A DNA stretch of 51,789 nt, filler included, from Circinaria calcarea (Eukaryota): assembly GCA_051942165.1 (NCBI GenBank). It is 3 parts of 3 records of this genome, joined end to end, with 100 filler letters (N's around TTAATTAATTAA, not from the genome) between each part and the next. Parts side by side here need not be neighbours in the genome. Positions count along the whole stretch, not along the records: positions 1 to 17,205 come from JAVECS010000281.1; 2 more parts are not named here. One strand, 5' to 3'. The notes beneath the pieces were generated by a model. The model saw only the letters and a list, made by a program, of their open reading frames with translations, did no database searches and was not told where the DNA came from. Shown one piece after another: positions 1 to 12,047 of this stretch (its first letter is position 1; the number at the start of each line of letters is the position of its first letter). The translations under genes were made by a program, and so were the position numbers.

Positions 1-3000
1 TGACCCCCCATACCATACAAGCGCTCTACCTAACCTATGAAGAGTACCCTAGTTACAAAAAAACGAGGGCCGACCTCGTCCAACCGATTCCTTTCATCCT
101 TCTAGCTTAAAAACCCGTAGGAGTTAGTACATATCACGTTAAACCCCCACCCCCCTTTTACGTCGGCCCCGAATCGTCGGCCCCCATCTTCGGATTGAGC
201 GCGTCGCCACCAAAAGCCACACCAAGGGCCGGTAAAAGGTGTCATATCAGAGCCGTGCGAGAGTTTCTGGAACTGAAAGCAAGGGGGGAAGAGGGCGAAC
301 GAAGCCGAGGTAGATTGAGTAGAGGGATTAAGGGGGGGGTGGTTTGGTTTGATTGTAAACCACAAGTCCAAGCCTTAACTCGTGCCCCCTCAACATTACG
401 TATCAACTCTGATTTTCTGCCCCTCTCGACGGCGGTCTGCTCTCTTTACCGCAGAGGGATAGAGGGGCTTTGCGGTTCTGGGGAAGGAAGGATGGTATGC
501 GTAGGAAAACCGGAAGTTGGTGGTTGGAGGGGATTATTGATGGTTTTAAAGGGAGTGGGGGAAGAGGAATCGGCGATCGGGAAAGGGAAAGGGAGAGGGA
601 AAGGGGGAGGGAGAGGCAAAGGGAGAGAGAAAGGGAAAGGGAAAAAGGAGAAATTGGGGGAGGGTAGGAAGGGTGGGATAAAGGAACGATGTGAAGATGC
701 TTGGTAGGGAGACTGGTGCGGGTGATTCTCCAATATCATACCGATACCCAAATGGCACATCATCTTCTTTGATGGTTCGGTGATACTGATATTTGAAATG
801 AATGCCTTAGGCCCAGCTGACCTGATGCCACTTCAAACTTCCAACCGTGGTGTGGTAGGCTCGCAGCTGCCAAGAGTCCTGTTGATTATTTCTCCGAAGC
901 ACCCGGAACCGTATCCTTGTTTCTCATTGGTGTGTGCCGAAAATGGCATGCATGACAGTCGTAGATAGACGCTAATCATCCAGCAACACCACCCCGTGTA
1001 CCCCAAACGCGGTATAGGTAATACTTCAGCCGGCAGGCGAACTTTTGCTAAATCTCGGGAAGCGACAGCATGCTTAGATGTCATACCTGTCTTGCAAATC
1101 CGGCTTTCTGGACGTTGGAATAAGGGGGCATGAAGGCCGCAGAATGTATTACTGCGCCGCTGCCTTCTGCTTGACTGGGGGCGGAAACGCAAATCATGGC
1201 TAGCGATTCGAAAGGTTGCTTCTACGGTGGCACCCCAGTCCAATCGGAATCGAGTACAGAGTTCCCCGTGGGTTGGCGAAGATGACGGGCGTGGCATATG
1301 TTCGGTTTAAAGTATGGTCAGCTGCGGCGTGTCTGTGTACAGACTTTCTTTGAATGGGGGTTACAATCATAGATGTCTTGTAACGTCTCCATTCCAAATG
1401 TCAAATCCGGTAAATCCACCGACTCCATTAACGTGCACAATCCTGCAGGCAAAATCGAATTCGACAAAGTACGCAACCGGAACCGTGGAAATGACTGCCC
1501 AGAGTGCCTGACATCATCTCAAAAAAGGTATGAATGAGGCATTACCCGGTGTTGCGATCAAGCCTGGATCCGCATCCGGTAGCCAATCGTGTAAGTACGA
1601 ATCGATCCAATCCCTGTTAGTGCAGAAAGGATTGCCGAAAGCAATCCGTCAGCCTTCACCGTCCCCCATCGCAAGATCATTCCGGGACTAGCTCCAAACC
1701 CCCATGTCTGCCCGCATGGAAGCATTGTGGAAAGGTTTCATGCCAATCCATCATCCTTCCATGGGGAACGTAGGCAAATCTCCGACCAAGTGTAATAGGA
1801 CGGACCGAGCTTTGACATAGCCAAGGTGGAGGCAGAAGGATCTTAAGCAGCGTTAGGAAGGGAACGGACCGTTGCAGCGCAATCCACCGATTAGATCTGC
1901 GACCAATGGGATGGTCTATATCTTGGGTCCGCTGGTGAGAGGTGAGTAAGCTAAGTCACCAGATTAGCTTTCGCAACCCATGGATGAACAATGACACCAT
2001 AAGAGTGTACTCTTATGAAGCCAAAAACGCTGATACAACGACGAAAGCAATGTCGTGCATATCGCCGCTCTGTTCTTAGAACGTTGTATATGTCGCATGA
2101 CACGGATAAGAGATCGCAAGCTGATAGGAGAGGCGAATCCATATTCGTTCATGATTCACCAGAACCGATCAATGAGGCTGAAAACCGATCTGGGGTTCGT
2201 TAGGGCAATTTCCTCTTTCGCGCAGCACAGCCTTCGGAAAGGTGGTGCAGAGATGTATCGGCATGCTGTCGAAAAATGGGCCGTTGGAGATCATCGGTAT
2301 TATTTAAGATCCGAAGACCAATCTCATGCAGCTGAGAACAGGGAAGGGATAGACGAAGCAAGATAAGCAGGGTTGGAAAGTTGAGTCGTTGTGGGTGTCA
2401 GATACTGTCAGAAATGGGATTTTGACAGATGGTGTACTCCGTAGTGGATGCTCAAACTGCGAGTCAGCGACTAAAAATTATGTGTGACGACGGCGGCTGC
2501 CGAGAAGATGTAACGTGGGGAAGGGACTCTGGTGCGGCGGTTGCAGACCCCACTAGGATGATAGGATCTCAACGTCAGCCACTTGCGTAAGGAATGCGAT
2601 CCAATCAAAAGGGCATTTCGACTTACTGATAGATGATTGACCACGATAGGAAGACGCCAAAAGGCACAAACCTAGTCGCCGAACACACCGGTATGTCACG
2701 CGAAAAAGGGGAAGGTCATTCAGGAGTAGATGGAAATTTCGCATTGAAACATCACACAAGAAAAATGTAATGCCTAGTATCCCTCACGTCCAATCGCCCT
2801 CAAACCCGGATGCAACAGGGATCGCAGAAGGAAGCATATGCCCACATCAACCAGCGCCTGCAAGGATTTCAGCATAGAAGCCAAGATACTCTGCGATCCC
2901 ATCAGCACTTAAAGCTCCCTCAATAGATGGCTAACCCCATCCTGTACGAGACGACTACATGAGATCCAGTGTAGTATGTATCCTTTACCCCCCGACTTCA

Positions 3001-3052
3001 GATATTGGTACGACCTCATCCGTCAACGAAACCAGTTACCGCGGGAATACCC

Positions 3053-3921
3053 TCACATGACTGCACATTTCCCACCACAGCAACCCCTTGATTTATCTGA
3101 TTCGCTCATTTCCATTTTATTTTGAGGGCCGGTCAGGCCTGACGGTGCACCTGAAGGGTATGAGGACATTTCCTTGTTGTACCTTCGTATCTCTCGAACG
3201 ATGTCGTAGAAAGAATTGTCAACGTTGATGCGTGATTTTGCCGAGGTTTCAATGAATTTGCAGCCAAAACTGCGAGCCATATTCTCTCCCTCTGTAAAAT
3301 TGCCGGCCAGATTAGCCCGCATTCAAGGAGGTGCGCTCATACAGTGAAGCGGGAGGAAGCACAGAATCTTGGGTGTTCTCCGTACCTTGGCGTGACACTT
3401 CCCTCTCGCCATCCAAATCACATTTGTTGCCCACTATTATGATAGGGAAATAGTCCCTGTCTTTAACCCGTAATATCTGTTGCTGAAATACCTGGATCTC
3501 GTCGAAGCTCTGCCGTGATGTGATGGAGTAGACTAGCAGAAAGCCTTCGCCCGTCCGCATGTATTGCTCTCGCATCGCCGAGTATTCCTCCTGTCCAGCA
3601 GTATCCAGTACATCGAGAAGGGCAACTTCATCGTCGATTACACACTGCTTTCGATACGAATCTGAGCGGGGAGATCGTGATTAGTTAGGGCGGGAGACTG
3701 TGTGGAAAGCAAAGGCTCACCTTCGATGGTTGGATCGTATTCGTCGACGAAGTGGCTCTGTATCAGTTGTATGGTAAGGCATGACTTCCCAACGCCTCCA
3801 CCACCTACAACGACTAGCTTGTATTCTCGAAGAAACTTGTTCGGCGGCCGGTCAGCGTTTGGTGGTATGTTTGAAACCATGATAACGATAAGAAAGAAGA
3901 TGTACCCACTTTGGAAGCCAT
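3053..3921 (-). CDS. rasA: Ras small GTPase (RasA/Ras1 type), 4 exons
   Basis: Exon 1 is ATG GCT TCC AAA (3910-3921, MASK) followed by GT. Later exons give [63 protein letters not shown] and ETSAK. The C-terminus is CCGGKCAVM (palmitoylation cysteines plus CAAX). Confidence 0.98.
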
Positions 3922-4446
3922 TGCGTCGGCACTTGGATATTAAGAAGCTGCAGGAGGCGTGAATACGGGATATTACGGGGGGCGAATGGCAGCTGAAAGT
4001 CCGCTTCCAAATAAAGACTGTTGATAGCTGGAAGGGGGGTGCTAGGAGGGACGAGGTGGTAGACGAGAGGATGGGCGCTTGTCGCTAAGTTGTAGGCGCA
4101 CGAATCCAGGAGATCAAAGAGAACCGAAGCGGAGACGGCGTGGAGCTGGGTTTGGATTTGTCTGAGTTTCAGCGACGGGAGGGTAACGTAAGTCCGAGAT
4201 GAGGAAGGAGGTGTGAGATGAGACAGCGGAGACAGCCACGGTGGACTGGATTGAGGGAGTGAGTGAGGTTTGGTTACCGCCGGTGCTCAGGGAGATGTGT
4301 CGAGAGACGGCAGGGCGGACGGTAAGGTGTGTGGTTCGATGAACTGCAGCGAACAGCACTTTTTAGCTGAGGTTGGGATTTTAAGACGAGCATGCGAGAT
4401 GCAGCCAAGCGCACACGGCGAACAGGGGTAGGGAGTGCCAGTAGTG

Positions 4447-4482
4447 TCAGTAGTTCCAGTAGTTCCAGTAGTTCCAGTAGTT
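4447..4482. repeat. Short tandem repeat, unit CAGTAGTTC, ~4 copies, upstream of rasA
   Basis: tcagtagttccagtagttccagtagttccagtagtt read directly. Confidence 0.8.
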
Positions 4483-5368
4483 GTCGCTGCTGCTAGAGTG
4501 GAAGGGGTTTAATAGGGCAAGACTTGCCTCAAGCTTAGTCCATTCTTCTCCCCGAATCCTTTCTCCGACACCACAATCCGTTAGTCCGGTCCTCTACGAG
4601 GGCTTCGTGCGAGCACCGGCCATTTAGGAAGGAGCCGGAAGGATTCAAGGCTGGCACGCCGGGCAGCACCCTCCCAGAGTCCCGGTTATGTACGAGGACG
4701 GGGGAGTCGAAGATGAAATCAATCCACTTGCGACAGGGAAGATCAAAACGGCCAGCCAACCGGGCGACTGCTGTTTCAAAACATCCTTCTCTGACATGCA
4801 GAGCGGGGGTCCTCTCTACTTATGCCCCGAGAGAAAATCCCATCGAAGCAAGGAGTCATCTACGGCCCTTCTAGTGGGGAACTTGAGGAATGGGGCGACG
4901 GGGGAGGATCTGCATCGAAAATAGGCGGCACGCGCAAGGGAGTCCCCGAGCCCAAGGAGAGGGAGGAAACGAGCCTGGCACGGAATCGCCATGACCGAAC
5001 ATTTACTCTCTACGCCTCCGCCCGTAGCCCGCAGTCCTCTTCTTGGATATCGAGAAGACGAAAGGGCAAAGCCGCTACTGGAGAGGCCCGATACCATGTG
5101 TGAGAGTTCCCGAAACAAGCTGGCCGCATATCCGCTTTGACTTTTGCTGAGGCAGGCAGGAAGCTAAAGCATGCTGCCCGGGTCCAAATCTCATCACGTG
5201 ACTTGATGTGGCGTCCGATTCGTGGGAGAGACTTGGCTTGTGTCTGTCAGCAACGGAGACTGGTTTCCAGATTGGGTAGTGGAAAGGTTTGGGTAATATT
5301 TGTTCAACTTGATACAAAGAGGTATGGATTCTTTTCTGTTGACTGGACAAAGGGTAGTTATCTACAAA

Positions 5369-6472
5369 TCAGCTCTCCAAATCTACAGGATTCAGCTCAT
5401 CGGCTTCATCTTCTTTGTCAACCTTGATCCCGTCCACGTTCTTCTCCACCTCTGGGATGAGACTATCCATGTACTCCTTGTCCCTTCCGACCAGTGTCAC
5501 TGTGTTCCGTCCCTTGCCCCATCGTGGATAACTGCCCACCTTTATACCCTTGGGCTCAACCTTCTTTGCCAGCTCCGATAGGTATGTTGCGACGGCGCTT
5601 TCGGCCATGGGCGTAGAAAAGAGTAATCGGTATATTCCTTTGCCCTCTGGATCCGTCAAACGTGGGAGTAGCCGTGGTTTCAGTCCGTCCAGCAGTTGTG
5701 TGAACAACCTGGGAACGCCAGGTAATATATGTATATTTCCATTCACCACGCTAATCGGTACCCATAGGCCCTCATCGACAAAAAGCACCTGGCTCTCTAG
5801 ATCCCTCGACGTGTCAATTGGAAGCCTGATCATACGTAGCTTGGCTTCGAGGGCGGGGGATGGTTCATCATACGAGAAATTCGGTTGCGATGGATGGGGT
5901 TTCGAGAGGGCTTTCATTCGTCGTAGTGCATCTTCGTGAAGTACAAGCTTCAGTCCAAAGGCCTTTGCTATTGACTGATAGGTAATATCATCATGTCTAC
6001 CAGTTAAGACTATTAGCAGTCGCTCGCCCAAGATGAAAGGCTTTGGCATACTAACGTCGGACCAATCCCTCCACTCGTTACCACCAAGTCGTAGTTCTCG
6101 CTCATCCGCTTCGCGGCTTCGATTATCTCATCCTCATCATCTGGGATTACTTCTATCCGCTTCAAGTTTATGCCCAAGGTGAAGCAGAATCGAGCAAAGT
6201 ACGCGGAATTCGTATCAACTGTCTGGCAAATGATGACCCTTTAGCAAGTTTATTTTACGGGACACGAAGACCAACTCTACCTTCCCACCTAGGACCTCAT
6301 CCCCTATGATGATGCAGCCTGCCGTGTGTATCATGCGTTTGGTTCTTTCTTCTGCGGATGATGTCATGATGTGGTTTCCCAAAGCTATTCGCGAGACAGC
6401 AGCAGAGCTATGGGCGTAGTTCGGGAGTGGCCGCGAGAGATGTCGAGTCAGTTGATTTAGTCGAGTAAACAT
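5369..6472 (-). CDS. Stand-alone molybdopterin-binding (MoCF_biosynth/CinA-like) domain protein, probably FAD diphosphatase-like; 3 exons
   Basis: Motifs TAGCIIIGDEVLGGK / DTNSAYFARFC...SGGIGPT / HDDITYQSIAKAF...ILPGVPRLF, with GT-AG introns between them. The N-terminus MFTRLNQLTRHLSRPL resembles a mitochondrial presequence. Confidence 0.88.
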
Positions 6473-7489
6473 CGAGTGGTTAGAAACACGTCTAGGATAT
6501 TACAGAGACTCCATACAAGTAGACCGGGACAGGCGATCCAAAATGTGGGGTCCGATATATAAGCGAAGTTCCGGGTCAACCTAGCCACCTTCGACTCCGA
6601 CAGCTTCGAGTGTAAGCGCTAGTGAACTTCCATGGGGGTGTGACAGGTGTCAGCTAACGGTCCTCTCTAACCTGGGATGCCGACTCCGTACTTGACCATA
6701 CTTGGAGAAATAAACCTTGACCTCTCAAGACCCGCTCGGGGCATATCCAAAGTCCACAAGCTAAGACCTTGGTTGGTCCCCGATTGCGCGACGTTCCTCG
6801 TGGGTGTGGCAAAAGGGACAGTCAAAGCTCCCACCTAGGCCATTGAGAAGACTCCCGAGAATGAAACACTGAAACCACGTCAGGTAGCAGTATTGTAACT
6901 AACTAGGATTCACGATCCAGACTCGAAGACCATGCAAAAGTGAAATCTGTGGGTCTCCAGGATAAATACAGTTTACGTGTATGTACACCTTAATACATCT
7001 GGTAGTTTGATAAAGGTTAAACTAAGGTGTATCCATGTTAGTATATTAGCAAGAATGTAAGCAAGAATGTAAGATAGTCGATGCAGTGAACAACATAGTT
7101 AAAAGATGAAGCGAAAGGGAGACCACCACATAAGTGCCAAATAGCTTGGCATCCCTGTCGGCAGCTCGGTGGAGCTCATCGGCATGGCTGACCAAGATTG
7201 CCCAGCTAAACACTGATCCAGTACCGTCAATGGAAGCTCACTAACGATGTTGACATGAATACAATGGAGAAAATGGTGGACGTACTCAATAGAACTTCAC
7301 ATACTACACTTCCCCATGCCAAGTAGCTCAGATCAATACTTTGCAAACGGCGGTAACTGTTAACACGATAAGAAGATTGACGCTTGATACAAACACGAAG
7401 GGCCAGGTAAGGTAGAGCCAATATCAATGATAAGATTGCCTGAGAAGGGTTAGTGTCCTCTCGTCTCCTATGGACGCTTCATTCATATA

Positions 7490-8250
7490 TCAGCTTACAT
7501 TCACGCCCGCCCACACCACAAATCCTCTCTCTTTGTGATCCCGATTCTGAAACCCATATCTTGGCCATGCCAACACGAATACCGCAAACGTCACCCGAAC
7601 TATCTGCACAATATCGCCCGTCCAAGGGCTCGTGGGGCGGAAGGCCCGCAAAATTGGCTTAAGCAACCCAAGTAGCAAGTAAACTACCTCAATCGCAGCT
7701 CGGTACAGGCCAGCAGGCACTCGCTTAACCAACTCTCGCTTTTCACAGCGCCTACAGAAGCTATCAAGCCCACGTGTGGACCAGGTGTAAGCTCCCTGAT
7801 ACTCGCGTAATGGCCGCCACGGTAGCACACCGAACACCTTGCACCTCCGACAAAGCACCAGGCGTTTGCCCTTGAACATGAAACTGGTGCCTGGCGCGAT
7901 TGTCCCTTTTCTCATTTTACATGGAATACACATTCGTTGTTTGCGATTCGCATGACCTCGATCCCACTCCTGGGGTCGAAGTAATCTCGTACCCTCACTT
8001 GCAGGCATGTGAAGCAGGGAGCCGTGATGATGTCGCAGGGAAGGCGATAGAGATAGGCAATGTAATATTCTCTACAGCGGGAGAGAAGTGCGGGCGTAAT
8101 GAGTTGCTGAAAATAGCGGTTTGTAGAGCGGAGCGAAAGGGCGGAGGGATAAGCGAGGTAGGAGAAGACGAGAAGGTGTAATTCGGAAGGCAGGTCAAGA
8201 AGGGTAACCGTAGTGAATGAAACGAGGGATAATGTTACGGACGCAGACAT
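7490..8250 (-). pseudogene. F-box protein with Cys-rich C-terminal region, interrupted by a 1-nt frameshift (pseudogene or sequencing error)
   Basis: An F-box motif LLDLPSELHLLVFSYLAYPSALSLRSTNRYF and CFTCLQVR lie in one frame. The continuation QEWDRGHANRKQRMCIPC...CRRC...CRRC lies in another. Adding one base to the G4 run at 7972-7975 joins them. Confidence 0.7.
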
Positions 8251-8569
8251 GAAGGAATTGCAAGTGGATGCTCAACCTCGAAGGTAGTCGGGCTAGGAAT
8301 ATATCATATTATGTACTGCAATAGTGAAATTCACTTCAGCTTTAGAATCTCAGTGTTGCTAGAGATGATGGTAAAAGACGAAGTACAGCATAGAATATCA
8401 ACCTAAAAGAAACCACTGGAGAAGAGCAGCGCATACCTGGTACTGCATACACAAAAATCAAGCAGATATTGCGAATCTACCCCACTTTAGAGAAAACTGA
8501 TACAGGCTCTTCGGGAACACAGGGGAACCCTCCAAGTACTGCCCTCCTTACCTACACCAGAGTTTAAAA

Positions 8570-9179
8570 ATGGTAGCATCTCATAGGTATCACCTTCCAG
8601 TGACAGTTGAACTGATGTGGTCAGTCTTCCGAGTCTCGACTCTTTACCTTTTCGCCCGAAACAACCCAGAAATTGCGGAAATTCCGACTAGGCACTTCCC
8701 GGGCAAAGGATCCCCAAGCGGTCATATGTACGTCTCGAAAGACAATGTCATTGTCGGCTTGATTTCCGTTCTAGGCTCACCACTGACACACTCGTCGTAT
8801 CAGATCAGATAGACAAGCAGACGCTCGAAATCGCCCCAGTCGACGATGAAACCCATACGAACACGCAAGAGCTGGCAGATGATTTACCCGATCATTCGCC
8901 GCGTTATATCCTTCTAAGCTATCCCTTGACTCTGGTATGAAGACGAACCGGAGTAGGCTGTCCGGGGGAGTGCTTACAGTAGATTAGCCATCCGGACGAC
9001 TCTCTGTTCCTTATGTGATGATCTACTACCTACCGGTCACTTGCAACGCAGAATTACGATTGCTGTACGCGGGGGCGAAAGAGCTGATGAGAGACACCGC
9101 TGGAGTTGGGAAAGTGATCGACATCACAGAGGCTGAGGATTTAGAGTCAATCGAAGAGAAGCTTGGGGGTGCGTCATAG
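8570..9179 (+). CDS. Glia maturation factor (GMF, ADF-H family) Arp2/3 regulator, 4 exons; correct frame not in ORF track
   Basis: Manual splicing gives M|SSESRLFTFSPETTQKLRKFRLGTSRAKDPQAVIY|QIDKQTLEIAPVDDETHTNTQELADDLPDHSPRYILLSYPLTL|PSGRLSVPYVMIYYLPVTCNAELRLLYAGAKELMRDTAGVGKVIDITEAEDLESIEEKLGGAS*. All introns are GT-AG. LPDHSPRYILLSYP and LYAGAKEL are GMF hallmarks. Confidence 0.93.
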
Positions 9180-9446
9180 GGGCCAAACTGTGCTATGGGC
9201 GTTGGAGGCGTTCATAATGGCATAAGCCATGTTGGAGGTGTGCGGTTAAGGGGAAGCAAGGACATCCTTTGAGATGGACCGCGTAGCAACTTATCTTGAG
9301 CTGGCAGTATTGACACTGTTTTGGCAAGAACACGGTGGCGGTGGAGGATAGATTTATAACCTATCATCCTCCGGTACTTGATCCAGTAGTTGTCTTGTAT
9401 AGTGCGCCACCGGTACCTGCCTGGAAAAGGGTCAGGTATGCAATTC

Positions 9447-10552
9447 TCAAGACTTCTTATGCAAGACAGTCGCCGCAGCCTGTATGTACAATCAGTATAT
9501 TCTAACCACGATTCTGCTAGATTGATACGCAAACAGCGATTGAAGTTCCCCATTTATCTATGCAGTTCGATGTCGCAGTGGCATAAGATCTCTAAGAAAA
9601 CGCACCTGATGGTTGGGGAATATCAAAGTATCCGCAACAACTACGTTCTCTCTCCTAGCGGCGTTGAATACCACGACTTCAGCTATGTCGTCCGGAGTAA
9701 GGGGCTCGCAACCTCTGGTGAAGTGTCAGCGTAGAACCTGATTACGTGCCGGCGTTGAGCGCACGCATAGACTGCATCGGCCTTGGCTTTATCGCCATAA
9801 AATCGAACGACCGAGAATTCCTAGATAGCTTCAGCCAATGATACAAGGGTGGGAAGTAAATTGTAGTACCGTCTCTACTTGACCTGGATCAACTTCCATC
9901 ACTCGTATCCTTGTAGCAATCAGTTCTCTCCGTAGTGCATCGGTAAAGCTGCGGACTGCTGCTTTGGTTGCGCAGTATATGCTGCCACTTGGGTATGGTT
10001 CTCGACCTGCAATACTGCCGATGTTGATAATGTCTCCTCGCCCACCATCGTCACGTCTTTTGTATATAGGTAATATGGCCTGAGTCATGTTGATAAGGCC
10101 TGTTACATTCGTAGCGAACATTACATTGATATCTTCTTCAGCAATATCAGGAGCTTGTGCAGTCCCTTTGACAAGTCCGCTATAATCATATCAGCCTTGA
10201 GAAACGGTAAGTCTCCAGAGCCTGTTGAGCTCAACCCGAGAACTCACGCATTATTTACCAGAACGTCAATTTCCTTGAACTCTGCCGGTAGAGCATCCAC
10301 GAAACTTTTGATTTCTGTTGGACTGCTTACATCTAACTTAACGGGGAGCACCTTGACTCCCTCACCGACCTCCTTCTTAATCTCTTCTGCGATTTGCTTC
10401 AAGGTATCGATCCGCCGTGCGGTCAAGATTAATTTTAGATTCTTTGGGGATGTCCTTGCAAACTCTTTTGCTGTACTCCTACCAATCCCAGACGAAGCCC
10501 CAGTGACTACAATTGTTTTGCCGTCAAGACGCTTGCCCATGGATGTAGCCAT
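9447..10552 (-). CDS. Classical SDR, NADP-dependent 3-hydroxy acid/serine dehydrogenase type (YdfG/YMR226C-like); multi-exon
   Basis: Motifs TGASSGIG, LVNNAG, NIGSIAG and YCATK (YxxxK), then DPGQVETEF and EPLTPDDIAEVVVF...PNHQ. The last exon is AAATVLHKKS* (stop 9447-9449). An in-frame upstream ATG lies at 10654. Confidence 0.93.
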
Positions 10553-12047
10553 TGTTCTTTTGAGACTGGGCTGCTTCAATATGGGTCGAGAGTACACTGG
10601 TCTAATTATTTCACATTTGCTGCCAAAGGAACCTAGATATCGGAGGTTGAACATGTACAAGTTCGATGGGAATCAACTATGTTTATCAGCGCAACATTCT
10701 AGATAATAGATATCCGAGGCAACTTTTTGAAGATTGCGTCCCGTAAATGCCGAGAATTATCCGCGCTGATTACCATATGCGAGACATAACTGCAGGGGGA
10801 TCGGACTAACCGTAAGCAGAAAGGAGATTGGGATTACTTCGACATGGGCTTTCAACAACAAGTCATAGCACTTTTGTAGATATTCATAAATTGCTCTGAT
10901 GCCTTTAGCAGAGGCGACGTTGTGTACTTGCCGCGGCTCTCTTAAGAGATGACCTTAGGGCTTTCTTGTACAGTCGGTGAGCAGTAGGCTGCGAGCTTCG
11001 GTGCTGGCTATGGGATCAGATCGCCCATTTTTTTCCTGCGTCAACGTACATGAACAGTTTGATCGGTATACCATTGGTGGCTCTTTCTCGCCACGGAAAG
11101 AAGCCTTAGTTTTTGGCGGTAACGATGGATGAGTATCTTGAGTGCTTCTTTCCCGAGCTACTCTGTACTCGGAGCTCGAGCGCTCTCTTGGAAGAAGTAC
11201 GGTACCGAACTAGACAGAATCTAAATCTCTCTTCTCCTTCGTGTCATTTTTGTCGAGAGCTGTTATGATAAGTCTATTTGTTTGTCAGCTCATTGTAGAG
11301 TGATTCATCTTGTACAATCGATGAGTAATTCATTGCTATCTGAGATTCACAGCAATGAGCTCTTGACTCGAACCTTTTACGGGCTTTCCCACAACGTATA
11401 ACGTAGGTAAGATACTCTCGGTTTCTAAATATACATGTTAAGTATATATGAGATTCTAGTATCGAGTAATATCGTGGTCACAAGATATGCAAGTTGCTGA
11501 AACTTCACGGTAGAGATTGAGAGGCATGCGGACAAGAGGTAGGTTGCTGGAAGAAGAGTTTGGTAAGAATTAAAATAGGTACCGATATCGAGTCCGCTAC
11601 TGGCGCTGGGCTTTCGACATGCTCGTATGGCCGAGCTAGAACACTTATAACGGATGCAGCACTAGCCCCTTTTCCTTGGCGCCATAAGGATATTATTCAA
11701 CACTACACTCAACACACCCAACACAACGGTGAGTCAGTCGTTATAACCGTGAATTGCCAGTCATTCACCGGGTATTTAAAGCTCTCTTCCTTCTCCCATT
11801 CTCAATCCTTCTTCCTTACCTTACACATCGAGTTCTGAATCACCACCACCACTCTTGTTCCTTCACGATAGATTCAAAGTAATCTATCAAGCAAGAAGTG
11901 CCGTTCGATATTTCCAATATCATACAGATTCTAATTCAACTCGATACCTGACTCATAAGCACCGCTTTTGAGGCTTTACTGATAACGTCTACCAAGTTAT
12001 CAACCTCCAACCTCACAGCACGACGATACTTACAAGAAACTATCGTC

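Noticed and set aside
195..763. G/K/E-rich and F/P-rich ORFs
   Set aside because: They are translations of a polypurine (GGGAAA-like) tract. The tract is CT-rich on the minus strand, typical of a promoter/5'UTR for a gene left of the window.
780..2760. Many short overlapping ORFs
   Set aside because: No recognisable motifs or coherent exon structure; treated as intergenic/UTR.
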